Notes: generated by a model not told the origin, from the letters alone. Shown: positions 25,634 through 34,961, counted from the stretch's first letter. The stretch: DNA of 40,278 nt from Bacteroidales bacterium (GCA_016282395.1 JAEEKL010000210.1:1-40278); one strand, 5' to 3'. Numbers and translations: made by a program.

Positions 25634-26944
25634 TCAGTGGTTCTCCTTGAACAGCTTCAGTCTTTCTTCCAAAATCGGGAACTGTCGGCGCGGTGTCAGG
25701 GAGACGCAGGCGCGCAAGCCCTCGCTGCGATCGCTGCCGCAGGTGCTCAGCGAGATGGCACTTACACCGTAGTACAGGAACTCGTGCAGGAGCTCTTCGC
25801 TGCTCATGCCGGGATAAGCCACGGTGAAGTAGAAACCGTCGGCCAGCGGTTTGTCGCCGTCCTTGTCATAGACGATTTCGAAGCCGTTGTCCAGGAACAT
25901 CTTCTTCATGATGGAGGCCTTTTCGCCGTATTCCTTCACGTCTTCGATGTAGTTGTAGGTGCCGTCGTTGCAACCCTTGAGGATGGCTGCCATGGCGTAT
26001 TGTGCCGAGTGGGAAACACCGGAGCTGATGGCATAGACGGTGCCGTAGATGATGGCGCGGCCTAATTTCTTCATTCGGAAATAGGGTTCCAGATCATCGA
26101 ACTCTCTGTTGTAGAGCTTCTTGGACATGATCATCAGGGCGATACGCTCACCGGCGTAGCTGAAGGCCTTGGAGCCGGAGATCAGCAATGCGTAGTTGTC
26201 GGTGTATTTGCCAACGCTCGGCTGGTAAGGCGGGATGCCTGGCGCTGAGATGTTCTGGCGGAAGTCCATGCCGAAATAGGCGAGGTCTTCGAACACGAAC
26301 ACGTCGTACTTGTTGGCCATGTCGCCGATGATTTGCAGCTCTTCCTCGGTGAAGCAGATCCACGACGGATTGTTGGGGTTGGAGTACATGATAGTGTGGA
26401 TGTTACCCTTTTCGAGGTAGCTCTCCAGCTTGGCTCTCAGCTTGGCACCGCGGTGCTCGTACACGTCGAAGGTCTCGTATTTGAGGCCCATGACACGGTG
26501 CTGTTGTTTCTGCACGGGGAAACCGGGGTCGATGAACAGGGTGGTGTCGCGTTCCTTGCGGCAGCGCACGAAGGTCATGAAACCGGCCATGCCGCCCATC
26601 ATGGAACCGACGGTCGGGATGCAGTTTTCGGGATCGACTTCAAGGTCGATGAAGTTCTTGACAAAGCGCGCGGCTTCCTGTTTTAGAGCTGGAATGCCCT
26701 CAATGTCAGGGTAGATGGCGGCGACACCCTTCTTCAGTGCCTCGATCTGCGCCTCCACGCCCACGGAGCACGGCGGAAGACCGGGAATGCCCATCTCCAT
26801 GCGCACAAATTCCTTGCCGGAAGCCTGCTCGATTTCGTTGATCAGACGTTTCACCTCACGGATGGAGGCCTTGCCAACGCTGCTTATGCCGCTTTCTGCG
26901 ACTTTCTTGTCCACAATTTCTGCGGGAATCGGTGTATTTTTCAT
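25634..26944 (-). CDS. PLP-dependent aminotransferase, class I/II
   Basis: SNPNNPS, EDLAY and SGSKAFSYAGER (PLP Lys); -7 box at 26984-26991. Confidence 0.9.
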   Translation of the reverse strand: MKNTPIPAEIVDKKVAESGISSVGKASIREVKRLINEIEQASGKEFVRMEMGIPGLPPCSVGVEAQIEALKKGVAAIYPDIEGIPALKQEAARFVKNFIDLEVDPENCIPTVGSMMGGMAGFMTFVRCRKERDTTLFIDPGFPVQKQQHRVMGLKYETFDVYEHRGAKLRAKLESYLEKGNIHTIMYSNPNNPSWICFTEEELQIIGDMANKYDVFVFEDLAYFGMDFRQNISAPGIPPYQPSVGKYTDNYALLISGSKAFSYAGERIALMIMSKKLYNREFDDLEPYFRMKKLGRAIIYGTVYAISSGVSHSAQYAMAAILKGCNDGTYNYIEDVKEYGEKASIMKKMFLDNGFEIVYDKDGDKPLADGFYFTVAYPGMSSEELLHEFLYYGVSAISLSTCGSDRSEGLRACVSLTPRRQFPILEERLKLFKENH

Positions 26945-27049
26945 ACTGATATATTGATAGTTATAAATTCCTTAATTTTTCGGCAAAGATACACAATTTA
27001 TGGATATATGTGTATGATTATATTTTTGGGTTTAATTCAGGACATCCCA

Positions 27050-29662
27050 CTACAGATTATTCGTGAAGTCTTGGTGCAGGTTCAGCTTCAGCACATCTTT
27101 CAGCGTGGAGGATTTCACGTTGATGGTGAACTGCCAGCCCTTGCGGTAGCCAAACGGGATCCAGTTGAAGCTCATTTCCCAGCAGTGCATATCGCGATAG
27201 AAGTCCAACGATGTGTATGATAGTGACTTCTGGACGAAATCGTAGCCGGTGGTGAATCCGATTCTCCACTTCTTGGTGACTTGTACGTCGCCGGTGACAC
27301 CTAATGTATGCACCATGTTGAACTTGTATGGTTTCAGCTCCTCGCCCGTGAAGAGAGGGCGATAATAGTCGAGGTTGTCGTTGATGCCGTAGGTGAACGA
27401 GTAGTTGAAGGTCAGCGACCAAGGCAACCGGTTGCGCTGGCGCTCCTCGTCCTTGGACTTGAATGTGTTTTGGTCAATGCGGTAGTTGAGGGAGACGCTG
27501 TAAGTGCCGGAGGAGAAACGCAGGAGACGGTGGTTTGCTTTCCACTCGGTGACATTCACGCGCCGGCCCTGCTCATTGACGCTGTAAGGGTCAAAAATGA
27601 AACTGTATGTCAGATACAGTTGCTTGAAAAGAGTGCTGCGGCCTGACATGGTGAACAATGACCATTTCATGGAATCGGCGGCAAAATCGTAGTACATGGA
27701 GATGTTGAAGTTGTCAATGAGCGGTACCTTTTTCAATCCCGTGATAGTGTCTTTTCGGGAACGAACCTTGATTTCCAGATTGTTACCAAATGACACTTGC
27801 GCACGTGCCTGCATGCGGTTACTCCCGGGACCGAAGATGGAGTTGTCATAGTAATTGTACTCGACCAGATCGCCGGTCATGGGGTTGACGTAGGTGGCGG
27901 TGTTGCGCCCGTTCAGCATCGGCTGGAAATTGAAACTCAATGTCGGGGTGATAATGTGGCGGATGGCATTCAGTCCTCCTTTCTTGAAAAGGTACATCAC
28001 ATAGATTTTCGTGGTTAGGTTCGAGGAGAGCAGAATGTCGTGTACGGCACCGAACTTGCGGTTGAAGTCCGTCTGCAGCGTCGGCTGGGCCTCCGTTGTG
28101 CTGTCCCACGTCATGTGGCGGGTGTAGTGCTGTAGGTACCACTTTTCCGTCAGCGTGATAGATGTGTTCCAGTTGATGGTTTTGGCAATCTTGATGGGAA
28201 TGGTGATGGGCACTGTGTGCATGATGCCGGTCTCGAAATGCTCCCAAGTGACGGGCTTGAGGAAAAGGGAGTCGAGGGTGTTGACCTGCCCGATAAGTTG
28301 CGATGACCATTTCATGGAGATGTTGTCATACCATTTCAGCTTTCCCGCTTTGTTTTTCTTGCGGAAGGGGTAGAATTGGGCCACAGACATGTTGAGGTTG
28401 GGCAGTTTCATGTTGATGGTGTGGTTGCCGGTGTTTTGCGAGTATGAGATGGTGGCATCGAAGAAAAAGAAGTCGGCGGCCGAGGTGGAGAAGTTGACGG
28501 TGGAGGTGAACTGGTTTGAGAGGTAGTCGTTTGCGGAAGTCATGTTGTAACGGGCGTAGTTGGCGCTCTGGATATCAATGTGCGCGTTGAAACGGGTTCT
28601 CGGGTGCGATTTGACATCCTGTTTGTGATCCCAATAAATCTTGTAGTTGTTGGTTTTCTTGAAATTGGCCGTGTCGATGCGAACCCCCGTGAGGGATCTG
28701 GCATAAGCCAATTCAAGGACACCGCTGCACATGTAACGGAACACATAGTTCGACTTGGCCTTGATGGCCCAGCTGCCGCGAGTGTATAGGTCCGCGGACA
28801 AAAGCAGGTCTATGTTGTCGTTGATGGCGAAATAGAAACCGAGGTCTTTCAAGTAGAAGCCCATGGATCCGGATTCCCCGAAAGAGGGCATCACCAGTCC
28901 GGACTTGTGGCGGGAGTCTATCGGGAAAAAGGCAAACGGCAACGCAAGCGGCGTAGGCACTTTCGTGAAACTCAAGTAGGCGGGCCCTATCACGATCTTG
29001 TCGTTCTGAATGACCTTTGCCTTGGAGAATGTGAGTTCGTAATGCGGGTCTTCCAGCTCACATGTCGTGTATTTTCCCCGCTTGATGAATGCGATGTTGT
29101 CCCCGATTTTCTTGACCTGCTCTCCATGGATAAAACCGTCGTCCTGTGTGGTGATCACATGAGAGATTTTTCCCTTTTGGGTGTTAAAATTGTACATGAT
29201 TTCGTGTGCGTTATAGTGAGCGTCCCCTTGGGAAAACACTGGGTAACCGTGCATGGCGCCGTTGGAGTCCGCCACTCCACAGGCATGCAGTTCGTTATGC
29301 TCAAAATCTATTTCAATATAGTCGGCACGAAGATCCATGTCCTCATATTGCACCATTGCATCACCGAACAGGTAGGTATAGCGATTTTGCAGGTCGTGTA
29401 CTACCGAATCTCGAGCACTGTATTTCACCACCGAGGTGATCGCATTCGAGGAGATGATTTTGGAAGATTGGGGGGAAACGGCAGCTGAATCCGCATATTC
29501 GGGATTGGGGATACCAACAACGGCGGTGTCCGCTCTGACCCTGTTGCGTTTCTTTGAATTCACCTCCTGCGAATTGGCATGAAAGCATAACATACTGAAT
29601 ATTAGCACCATAAGAATCTTATGGAAATATGAAAAATCCAGTGTGTATATTTTTTTAATCAA
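27050..29662 (-). CDS. lptD: Putative LPS-assembly protein LptD (Bacteroidota type); start uncertain (TTG 29662 or ATG 29611)
   Basis: VKYSARDS beta-jellyroll, YTTCELEDPHY, barrel strands, RDMHCWEMSFNWIPFG; divergent from amidase-mlaD. Confidence 0.85.
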   Translation of the reverse strand: MIKKIYTLDFSYFHKILMVLIFSMLCFHANSQEVNSKKRNRVRADTAVVGIPNPEYADSAAVSPQSSKIISSNAITSVVKYSARDSVVHDLQNRYTYLFGDAMVQYEDMDLRADYIEIDFEHNELHACGVADSNGAMHGYPVFSQGDAHYNAHEIMYNFNTQKGKISHVITTQDDGFIHGEQVKKIGDNIAFIKRGKYTTCELEDPHYELTFSKAKVIQNDKIVIGPAYLSFTKVPTPLALPFAFFPIDSRHKSGLVMPSFGESGSMGFYLKDLGFYFAINDNIDLLLSADLYTRGSWAIKAKSNYVFRYMCSGVLELAYARSLTGVRIDTANFKKTNNYKIYWDHKQDVKSHPRTRFNAHIDIQSANYARYNMTSANDYLSNQFTSTVNFSTSAADFFFFDATISYSQNTGNHTINMKLPNLNMSVAQFYPFRKKNKAGKLKWYDNISMKWSSQLIGQVNTLDSLFLKPVTWEHFETGIMHTVPITIPIKIAKTINWNTSITLTEKWYLQHYTRHMTWDSTTEAQPTLQTDFNRKFGAVHDILLSSNLTTKIYVMYLFKKGGLNAIRHIITPTLSFNFQPMLNGRNTATYVNPMTGDLVEYNYYDNSIFGPGSNRMQARAQVSFGNNLEIKVRSRKDTITGLKKVPLIDNFNISMYYDFAADSMKWSLFTMSGRSTLFKQLYLTYSFIFDPYSVNEQGRRVNVTEWKANHRLLRFSSGTYSVSLNYRIDQNTFKSKDEERQRNRLPWSLTFNYSFTYGINDNLDYYRPLFTGEELKPYKFNMVHTLGVTGDVQVTKKWRIGFTTGYDFVQKSLSYTSLDFYRDMHCWEMSFNWIPFGYRKGWQFTINVKSSTLKDVLKLNLHQDFTNNL

Positions 29663-29688
29663 AGGGAAAATCCTTAAGTCAATAATTA

Positions 29689-29718
29689 TATTTTTGCACA
29701 AAAAAAACAGCAAAAATA
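29689..29718. promoter_or_regulatory. Face-to-face -7 boxes (plus 29689-29696 for amidase, minus 29711-29718 for lptD)
   Basis: TATTTTTG on both strands, pointing toward each other. Confidence 0.6.
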
Positions 29719-29738
29719 ATCAAAAAAATGGCAATCTG

Positions 29739-30938
29739 ATGAACTCGAAATTTTTTTTCTTATTATTCCTGTTGATAACTTTTCTGGCATTCCCTGTGGT
29801 CGCCCAAAAAGACGGTAAAACCTTCAAGGTGGTAATTGACGCGGGACACGGTGGAAAAGACCCAGGGTGTTTGGGAGCTTATACAAAAGAGAAAGACGTT
29901 GCTTTGAACATCGCCCTCAAGACAGGCAAGCTCATCAGCGAGAACTGCCCTAACGTCAAGGTGATATATACGCGTAGCACGGATGTGTTTGTGGAACTTT
30001 ACCGTCGCGCAAAAATCGCTAACGACAACCATGCTGATTTGTTCATCTCCTTCCATTGCAACGCCAGCGAGAACAAGACAGCCCATGGCATCGACACCTG
30101 GGTGATGGGGCTTCACAAGAGCGAGGCGAACCTTGCTGTGGCACGCGCCGAAAACTCCGCGATGCTGAAGGAGAAGGATTACGAACAGAATTACGGCGGT
30201 TTCAACCCCAACTCTCCGGAATCTGCCGTCATGTTCTCGCTGTATTCCACCGCTTATCTCAACAACTCCATCCTTTTGGCCGACAAAGTCCAGAAAAACC
30301 TGATCAACACCACACATCTCCGTGATCGCGGGGTCAACCAGGCAGGCTACTGGGTGCTTTGGGCCGTTTCCATGCCCAGCATCCTCATTGAGATGGGCTT
30401 CCTAACCAACCCCACTGAGGAAAAATTCCTCTCCGAAGAGAAAAACAAGGCTGACATCGCCAATGCCATCTATCGCGCTTTCGTTTCTTATTATTCCCAA
30501 GTGACAGGCAATAAAATCGCCACTTCTGACGTTATAGTTTCTGATAATAGCCATCCAGAATCATCCAATAAAGCTGAAACAAATGATCACAACAATAATA
30601 ATTCTTCTGATAATCAGTCGGATAAGAAAGTGGATGACCAAAAAGTCACAGTAGATAATTCGACGGCAAACCCCGATGAAATCCGTTTCATGGTCCAATT
30701 CATGGCCCTTCCGGAAAAAATCTCCTTGAACGACAGGCGTTTCAACGGTCTTTCAAAGGTGAACCGCTACCATGAGGGTGGTTTGTGGAAATATACTTCT
30801 GGAAGCGAGATCGACCTGCAGTCGGCGAAGAAAATCCTCGCAGAGGTGAAAAAGAAATACCCGGACGCTTTTATCATTGCTTTCCAAGGAGAGACCAAAA
30901 TTCCCGTTTCCGAAGCCGTGAAACTCGTTAAACCGTAA
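29739..30938 (+). CDS. N-acetylmuramoyl-L-alanine amidase (Amidase_3) with C-terminal SPOR-like domain
   Basis: Signal peptide, DAGHGGKDPG, EKDVAL, FISFHCNA and PSILIEMGF; Asn/Ser/Asp-rich linker. Confidence 0.93.
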   Translation: MNSKFFFLLFLLITFLAFPVVAQKDGKTFKVVIDAGHGGKDPGCLGAYTKEKDVALNIALKTGKLISENCPNVKVIYTRSTDVFVELYRRAKIANDNHADLFISFHCNASENKTAHGIDTWVMGLHKSEANLAVARAENSAMLKEKDYEQNYGGFNPNSPESAVMFSLYSTAYLNNSILLADKVQKNLINTTHLRDRGVNQAGYWVLWAVSMPSILIEMGFLTNPTEEKFLSEEKNKADIANAIYRAFVSYYSQVTGNKIATSDVIVSDNSHPESSNKAETNDHNNNNSSDNQSDKKVDDQKVTVDNSTANPDEIRFMVQFMALPEKISLNDRRFNGLSKVNRYHEGGLWKYTSGSEIDLQSAKKILAEVKKKYPDAFIIAFQGETKIPVSEAVKLVKP

Positions 30939-31018
30939 TGTTGATGGAATGTGAATAAATTATATTTCCATCGGAGAAAAAAAATGGTATTTTTGCCGTT
31001 TGTAGAGAATTAAATCCG

Positions 31019-32002
31019 ATGGACAAAAACAAACAGAAATCCTATTCTGACAAAGAGATTAAGAGCATCAAAGTAGCGCTTTTTTTCATTGCGGCGGTGC
31101 TGATTTTCTATATCGGGTCCATTTTCCTGAAAGGAATTAATGTTTTCGGCAAGAAAAACTACTATTATGCCGTGTTTGAGGATGTGGGTGCATTACATGA
31201 AAGCACCAATGTGGCATTAAACGGATACGAAATTGGAAAAGTCACAAGCATCAAGCTGTTGAGTTCCAATCCGGTGCGCATCTGTGCTGAAATTCTGGTC
31301 ACCGAGGATTTGGACATTCCCGAAGACTCGAAGTTGGAAGTGGCACAGAAGGATGTTTTAGGCGGAATGATTGTGAACCTGCATCTGGGACAATCCTCCA
31401 AGATGGCTCATCGCGGCGACACGCTTGGCTGCTACCTCGCCGGCGGCATGTTGGACGGTGTGGGCGACTTGGTGGCGCAGCTGCAAAGTGTGGTCGCCTC
31501 GGTCGATACCATCGGACAGAACTTGAAACTGGCCTTCCGTTCCGAAGACACCCTCAACGGCGGAACCATGATCAAGAACACCTTGGAGAACCTCGAACAT
31601 ACCACTGCCGACCTCTCCAAGCTTTTGGCAAACAACGGCGGAAAAGTGACCAATGTGGTGGCACAACTCGAAACCCTCACGAAAACGCTCAGTGAAGCCA
31701 GCCCCAAAATCGATGCAATAGTCGCTAATGTGGATAATATCTCCGACTCACTGGCGCAGTCCAACATCCGCACCCTTGTAGGCAATGCTCAAAGCACCCT
31801 CGACAATGCCAACCATATTCTCGCCGATGTGAAAAACGGCCACGGCACCGTCGGACAACTTGTGCAGAATGATTCGCTATACATTAATATTAACAAGACA
31901 TTGGAAAGTCTGGATTTGCTCATCAAAGACCTTAAGGCAAATCCATCAAAATACATTAACGTAACCGTTTTTGGCAAGAAAGAAAAGAAAAACAAGGAAT
32001 AA
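31019..32002 (+). CDS. MlaD/MCE family protein
   Basis: N-terminal TM, FEDVGAL..VALNGYEIGKV, helical region, GTVGQLVQNDSLY and DLKANPSKYINVTVFG; -7 box at 30988-30995. Confidence 0.9.
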   Translation: MDKNKQKSYSDKEIKSIKVALFFIAAVLIFYIGSIFLKGINVFGKKNYYYAVFEDVGALHESTNVALNGYEIGKVTSIKLLSSNPVRICAEILVTEDLDIPEDSKLEVAQKDVLGGMIVNLHLGQSSKMAHRGDTLGCYLAGGMLDGVGDLVAQLQSVVASVDTIGQNLKLAFRSEDTLNGGTMIKNTLENLEHTTADLSKLLANNGGKVTNVVAQLETLTKTLSEASPKIDAIVANVDNISDSLAQSNIRTLVGNAQSTLDNANHILADVKNGHGTVGQLVQNDSLYININKTLESLDLLIKDLKANPSKYINVTVFGKKEKKNKE

Positions 32003-32004
32003 TT

Positions 32005-32604
32005 ATGGAAATTACAGGAAAATTAATTCAGAAATTGCCCGTTCAGTCGGGTGTCAGCAGTGCAGGGAACAATTGGTCGAAGGCAGAATTTGTCATTGAG
32101 ACCATAGAGCAATATCCGAAAAAAGTGTGTGCCAATTTATGGGGTGACCGCGCCCGCGCATTGGATCAGTTCCAAGAGGGCAATCTTATCACTGTTTCTT
32201 TCGATTTGGAGTCTCGTGAATTTAACGGCCGTTGGTACACGGACGTGAAAGCTTGGAAAGTGGAAGCTGCCACACCTGCTGCTGCAACTGGAGCTCCCGC
32301 ATACGGACAGCCGCAAGGATATGCTCCTCAACAACCCGTCTATCAGTCACAAGGGTATGCCCAACCGCAGCAGCAGATGTATCCGCCTCAAGGTTATCCT
32401 CAACAACCCCAGGGCTATGTGCAACCTCAACAGACCGCCTATCCGCCTCAACCCCAAGGGTATGCACCGGCTCCCCAACAGGGTTATCAGGCACCTCAGC
32501 AACCTTCTTCTTTCGCCCAACCGCAGCCCGACATGAACACATTGCCCAATATCCCTCAGGAGACGTTCACCGACGAGGGCGGCGCGGATGACCTGCCGTT
32601 CTGA
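32005..32604 (+). CDS. DUF3127 OB-fold protein with Q/P/Y-rich tail and SSB-like DDLPF terminus
   Basis: MEITGKLI..WSKAEFVIET..YPKKV..SREFNGRWYTDVKAWKVE; ends in DDLPF. Confidence 0.88.
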   Translation: MEITGKLIQKLPVQSGVSSAGNNWSKAEFVIETIEQYPKKVCANLWGDRARALDQFQEGNLITVSFDLESREFNGRWYTDVKAWKVEAATPAAATGAPAYGQPQGYAPQQPVYQSQGYAQPQQQMYPPQGYPQQPQGYVQPQQTAYPPQPQGYAPAPQQGYQAPQQPSSFAQPQPDMNTLPNIPQETFTDEGGADDLPF

Positions 32605-32606
32605 CG

Positions 32607-32633
32607 ATGACACAATGAAGAGATGAAGCGATG
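32607..32633 (+). repeat. Octamer array ATGACACA-ATGAAGAG-ATGAAGCG-ATG
   Basis: ATG at 32607, 32615, 32623 and 32631; the last is the next gene's start codon. Confidence 0.75.
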
Positions 32634-33416
32634 AATGCTGGTATTTGTCATTTGACTGTTATACCGATGCGTGGTGAGCCGTCGCATGTTTCGGAGATGG
32701 TGAGCCAGCTTCTGTTCGGCGAGACATACCGGGTGTTGGAAATTTCCGATGAATGGGTTCGGATTGAGACTCACCATGACGGCTATGCGGGCTGGATTCA
32801 ACGGAAACAATATTTCGAGGTTTCTGATGACACGTTCGACAACTACCTGAAAGCGGACAAGTTGCGATTGAGTGCCCCGTTCGTCATGACTGGTGTGCAA
32901 ATCCCGAATGTACTGTCGATGGGTGCGCTGACCGTGACGAATCCTGAATTCTGTCCGTTCCGTGAGCGATTCCCGATTCCGAAGGCTGAAAACTGGTGGC
33001 CTGCAGACGGTGTGCCGGACATCTCCCGTATCCAACGTATGGATTTGCTTCGAAAGACTGCTTTTTCGCTGCTCGGAACCCCATATCTTTGGGGAGGTCG
33101 CACTCCGCTCGGTATCGACTGCTCCGGATTTGTTCAGCTGTTGTACTCCTTGGTCGGCGTGCAGCTGCCTCGCGATGCCTCGCAGCAAGTTCTATGTGGC
33201 GAGCCTCTCGACTTCGTCCATGAGGCCCGTCTCGGCGACCTTGCCTTTTTTCACAACGAGGAAGGGAACATTGTTCATGTGGGCATGATGCTCGGTGATG
33301 GCACCATTATCCATTCCAGCGGCAGCGTCCGTATTGACCGTATTGACGAAACAGGTATCTTTAACGAGGAAGTGCAGCGATATACGCACCAGTTGCGGGT
33401 GATCGTGCGGGTGTGA
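32631..33416 (+). CDS. SH3 + NlpC/P60 (C40) peptidase, YkfC/dipeptidyl-peptidase VI-like
   Basis: SEMVSQLLFGE, YAGWI, GTPYLWGG..GIDCSG, LPRDASQQ and HVG..IIH. Confidence 0.92.
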   Translation: MNAGICHLTVIPMRGEPSHVSEMVSQLLFGETYRVLEISDEWVRIETHHDGYAGWIQRKQYFEVSDDTFDNYLKADKLRLSAPFVMTGVQIPNVLSMGALTVTNPEFCPFRERFPIPKAENWWPADGVPDISRIQRMDLLRKTAFSLLGTPYLWGGRTPLGIDCSGFVQLLYSLVGVQLPRDASQQVLCGEPLDFVHEARLGDLAFFHNEEGNIVHVGMMLGDGTIIHSSGSVRIDRIDETGIFNEEVQRYTHQLRVIVRV

Positions 33417-33478
33417 GACAATGACGCGATGATACGATGATACGATGAATGGGTGATGAATAAATGATGAATGAATGA
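33413..33478 (+). repeat. ATGA-based octamer then 11-mer array
   Basis: GTGAGACA ATGACGCG ATGATACG ATGATACG ATGAATGG GTGATGAATAA ATGATGAATGA ATGA. Confidence 0.8.
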
Positions 33479-33480
33479 TT

Positions 33481-33534
33481 GGGGCGTATCGCATACGCCC
33501 CGCATACGCCCGTTAATCCGTATCGCACACACCC
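33481..33534. repeat. REP-like palindrome GGGGCGTAT-CGC-ATACGCCCC plus two partial copies
   Basis: Perfect 9-bp stem at 33481-33501; GCATACGCCC at 33502; CGTATCGCACACACCC at 33519. Confidence 0.7.
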
Positions 33535-33542
33535 GTTATTCA

Positions 33543-34580
33543 ATGAATATTTTCATGAAAAAGAAAAAGATTATCATAATCATTATATTGTGCGCCATTT
33601 TGTTGGCGGGAATCGCGGGGGGCGTTTTTTTCAGAACGTTTTTTTCAGAGAATGTGCGGAACCGAGATGTGACCGTAGTTGTGCCTCCTGGTGCTACATT
33701 TGAGCAAGTGATGGACACGTTGCGCAAATATGAGGTGCTGAAATCGGAAAACACCTTTCAAAAAACATCAAATGTTCTGAAATACAAAACGATAAGGATT
33801 GGTAAATACGACATTTCTAACTGTCGCACGAATTTGGATTTGGTGCGATTGTTGCGCCGAGGACAGCATTATCCCGTGAAGTTCACGTTTAACAATACTC
33901 GCACGGTAAATCAGTTTGTGGAAAAGGTCGGTGATCGTTTCTTCTTTGAACCGCAAGAACTTAGTGCATTACTCCACGATAAGGATTATATGTCGAAGTT
34001 CGGCTTGTCGGACACGACCGCAGTATGCCTTTTTATTCCAAACACATACGAGATTTACTACGACATCACGGCGGAGGAGTTCCTCGACCGCATGAATAGT
34101 TATTACCAGGAGTTTTGGAATGAGAAGAGAAAGACAACGGCCTCTGAAATAGGTTTGACGCCGGTGCAGGTGGCCACGCTCGCCTCGATTGTGGAGGAGG
34201 AGAACATGCGCCCGTCGGAGAAAGCGATTATTGCCGGGCTATACATCAACAGGCTGAACAAAGGGATGTTGTTGCAGTCGGACCCGACTGTTAAGTTCGC
34301 CATCGGGGATTTCGCCCGCAAGCGCATCCTGAACGCCGACCTGCAGGTGGATTCCCCGTACAATACGTACAAGTACAAAGGGCTTCCTCCCGGCCCGATC
34401 CGCATTCCGGAGGCCTCCACGATGGACTCCGTGTTGCATTACCGTCATCACAACTACCTCTACATGTGCGCCAAGGAGGATTTCTCAGGCTACCACAACT
34501 TTACCGCAAGCGCTGCCGAGCACGCCCGCAATGCTGCTCGTTATCGTGCCGCGCTGAACGCCCGGAACATCAAGAAATAG
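33543..34580 (+). CDS. mltG: Endolytic transglycosylase MltG (start 33543 or 33555)
   Basis: N-terminal TM, FIPNTY, LASIVEEE, LQSDPTV and SPYNTYKYKGLPPGPI. Confidence 0.95.
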   Translation: MNIFMKKKKIIIIIILCAILLAGIAGGVFFRTFFSENVRNRDVTVVVPPGATFEQVMDTLRKYEVLKSENTFQKTSNVLKYKTIRIGKYDISNCRTNLDLVRLLRRGQHYPVKFTFNNTRTVNQFVEKVGDRFFFEPQELSALLHDKDYMSKFGLSDTTAVCLFIPNTYEIYYDITAEEFLDRMNSYYQEFWNEKRKTTASEIGLTPVQVATLASIVEEENMRPSEKAIIAGLYINRLNKGMLLQSDPTVKFAIGDFARKRILNADLQVDSPYNTYKYKGLPPGPIRIPEASTMDSVLHYRHHNYLYMCAKEDFSGYHNFTASAAEHARNAARYRAALNARNIKK

Positions 34581-34589
34581 TTTTTTACT

Positions 34590-34751
34590 ATGGAGGATGC
34601 TCCACCTAAACAATATCCGAGATATGTCAGAACCATCTCTCGGAGCAAACAAGAAATTTCGGTGCTGGGTCGTTTTTATATAGCTCAAGGACTCTATTTC
34701 GCAGGGTTCATGGTGCTAGCGGCTCTTATTGTCATTTTTTTGATGGTATAA
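34590..34751 (+). CDS. Possible small membrane protein (53 aa; may be a frameshifted 77-aa gene ending at 34822)
   Basis: ATG 9 nt after the mltG stop; hydrophobic C-terminal half; T7 run at 34735-34741. Confidence 0.35.
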   Translation: MEDAPPKQYPRYVRTISRSKQEISVLGRFYIAQGLYFAGFMVLAALIVIFLMV

Positions 34752-34842
34752 ATGCTTTGGACGACAATATTCCTTTTGTATTGGGCTTTGCTTTTTTCGT
34801 TCCTCTTCTCTTTGCAGAATAAACGTATCATCGAATCGTCAC

Positions 34843-34875
34843 AAAAAAAGGTCGCACTTTCGGTACGACCTTTTT
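34843..34875. terminator. Bidirectional intrinsic terminator
   Basis: A7-GGTCGCAC-TTTCG-GTACGACC-T5 between the convergent mltG operon and the tRNA. Confidence 0.85.
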
Positions 34876-34886
34876 CTGTAAGTAAG

Positions 34887-34961
34887 TGATCTGTACTGGA
34901 TTTGAACCAGTGACCTCTTGCCTGTCAAGCAAGCGCTCTAAACCAACTGAGCTAACAGATC
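34887..34961 (-). tRNA. trnV: tRNA-Val(GAC), CCA not encoded
   Basis: Acceptor stem GATCTGT/ACAGATC, D-arm GCTCAGTTGGTTTAGAGC, anticodon arm CTTGC-TTGACAG-GCAAG, T-arm ACTGG-TTCAAAT-CCAGT; -7 box at 34981-34988. Confidence 0.97.
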
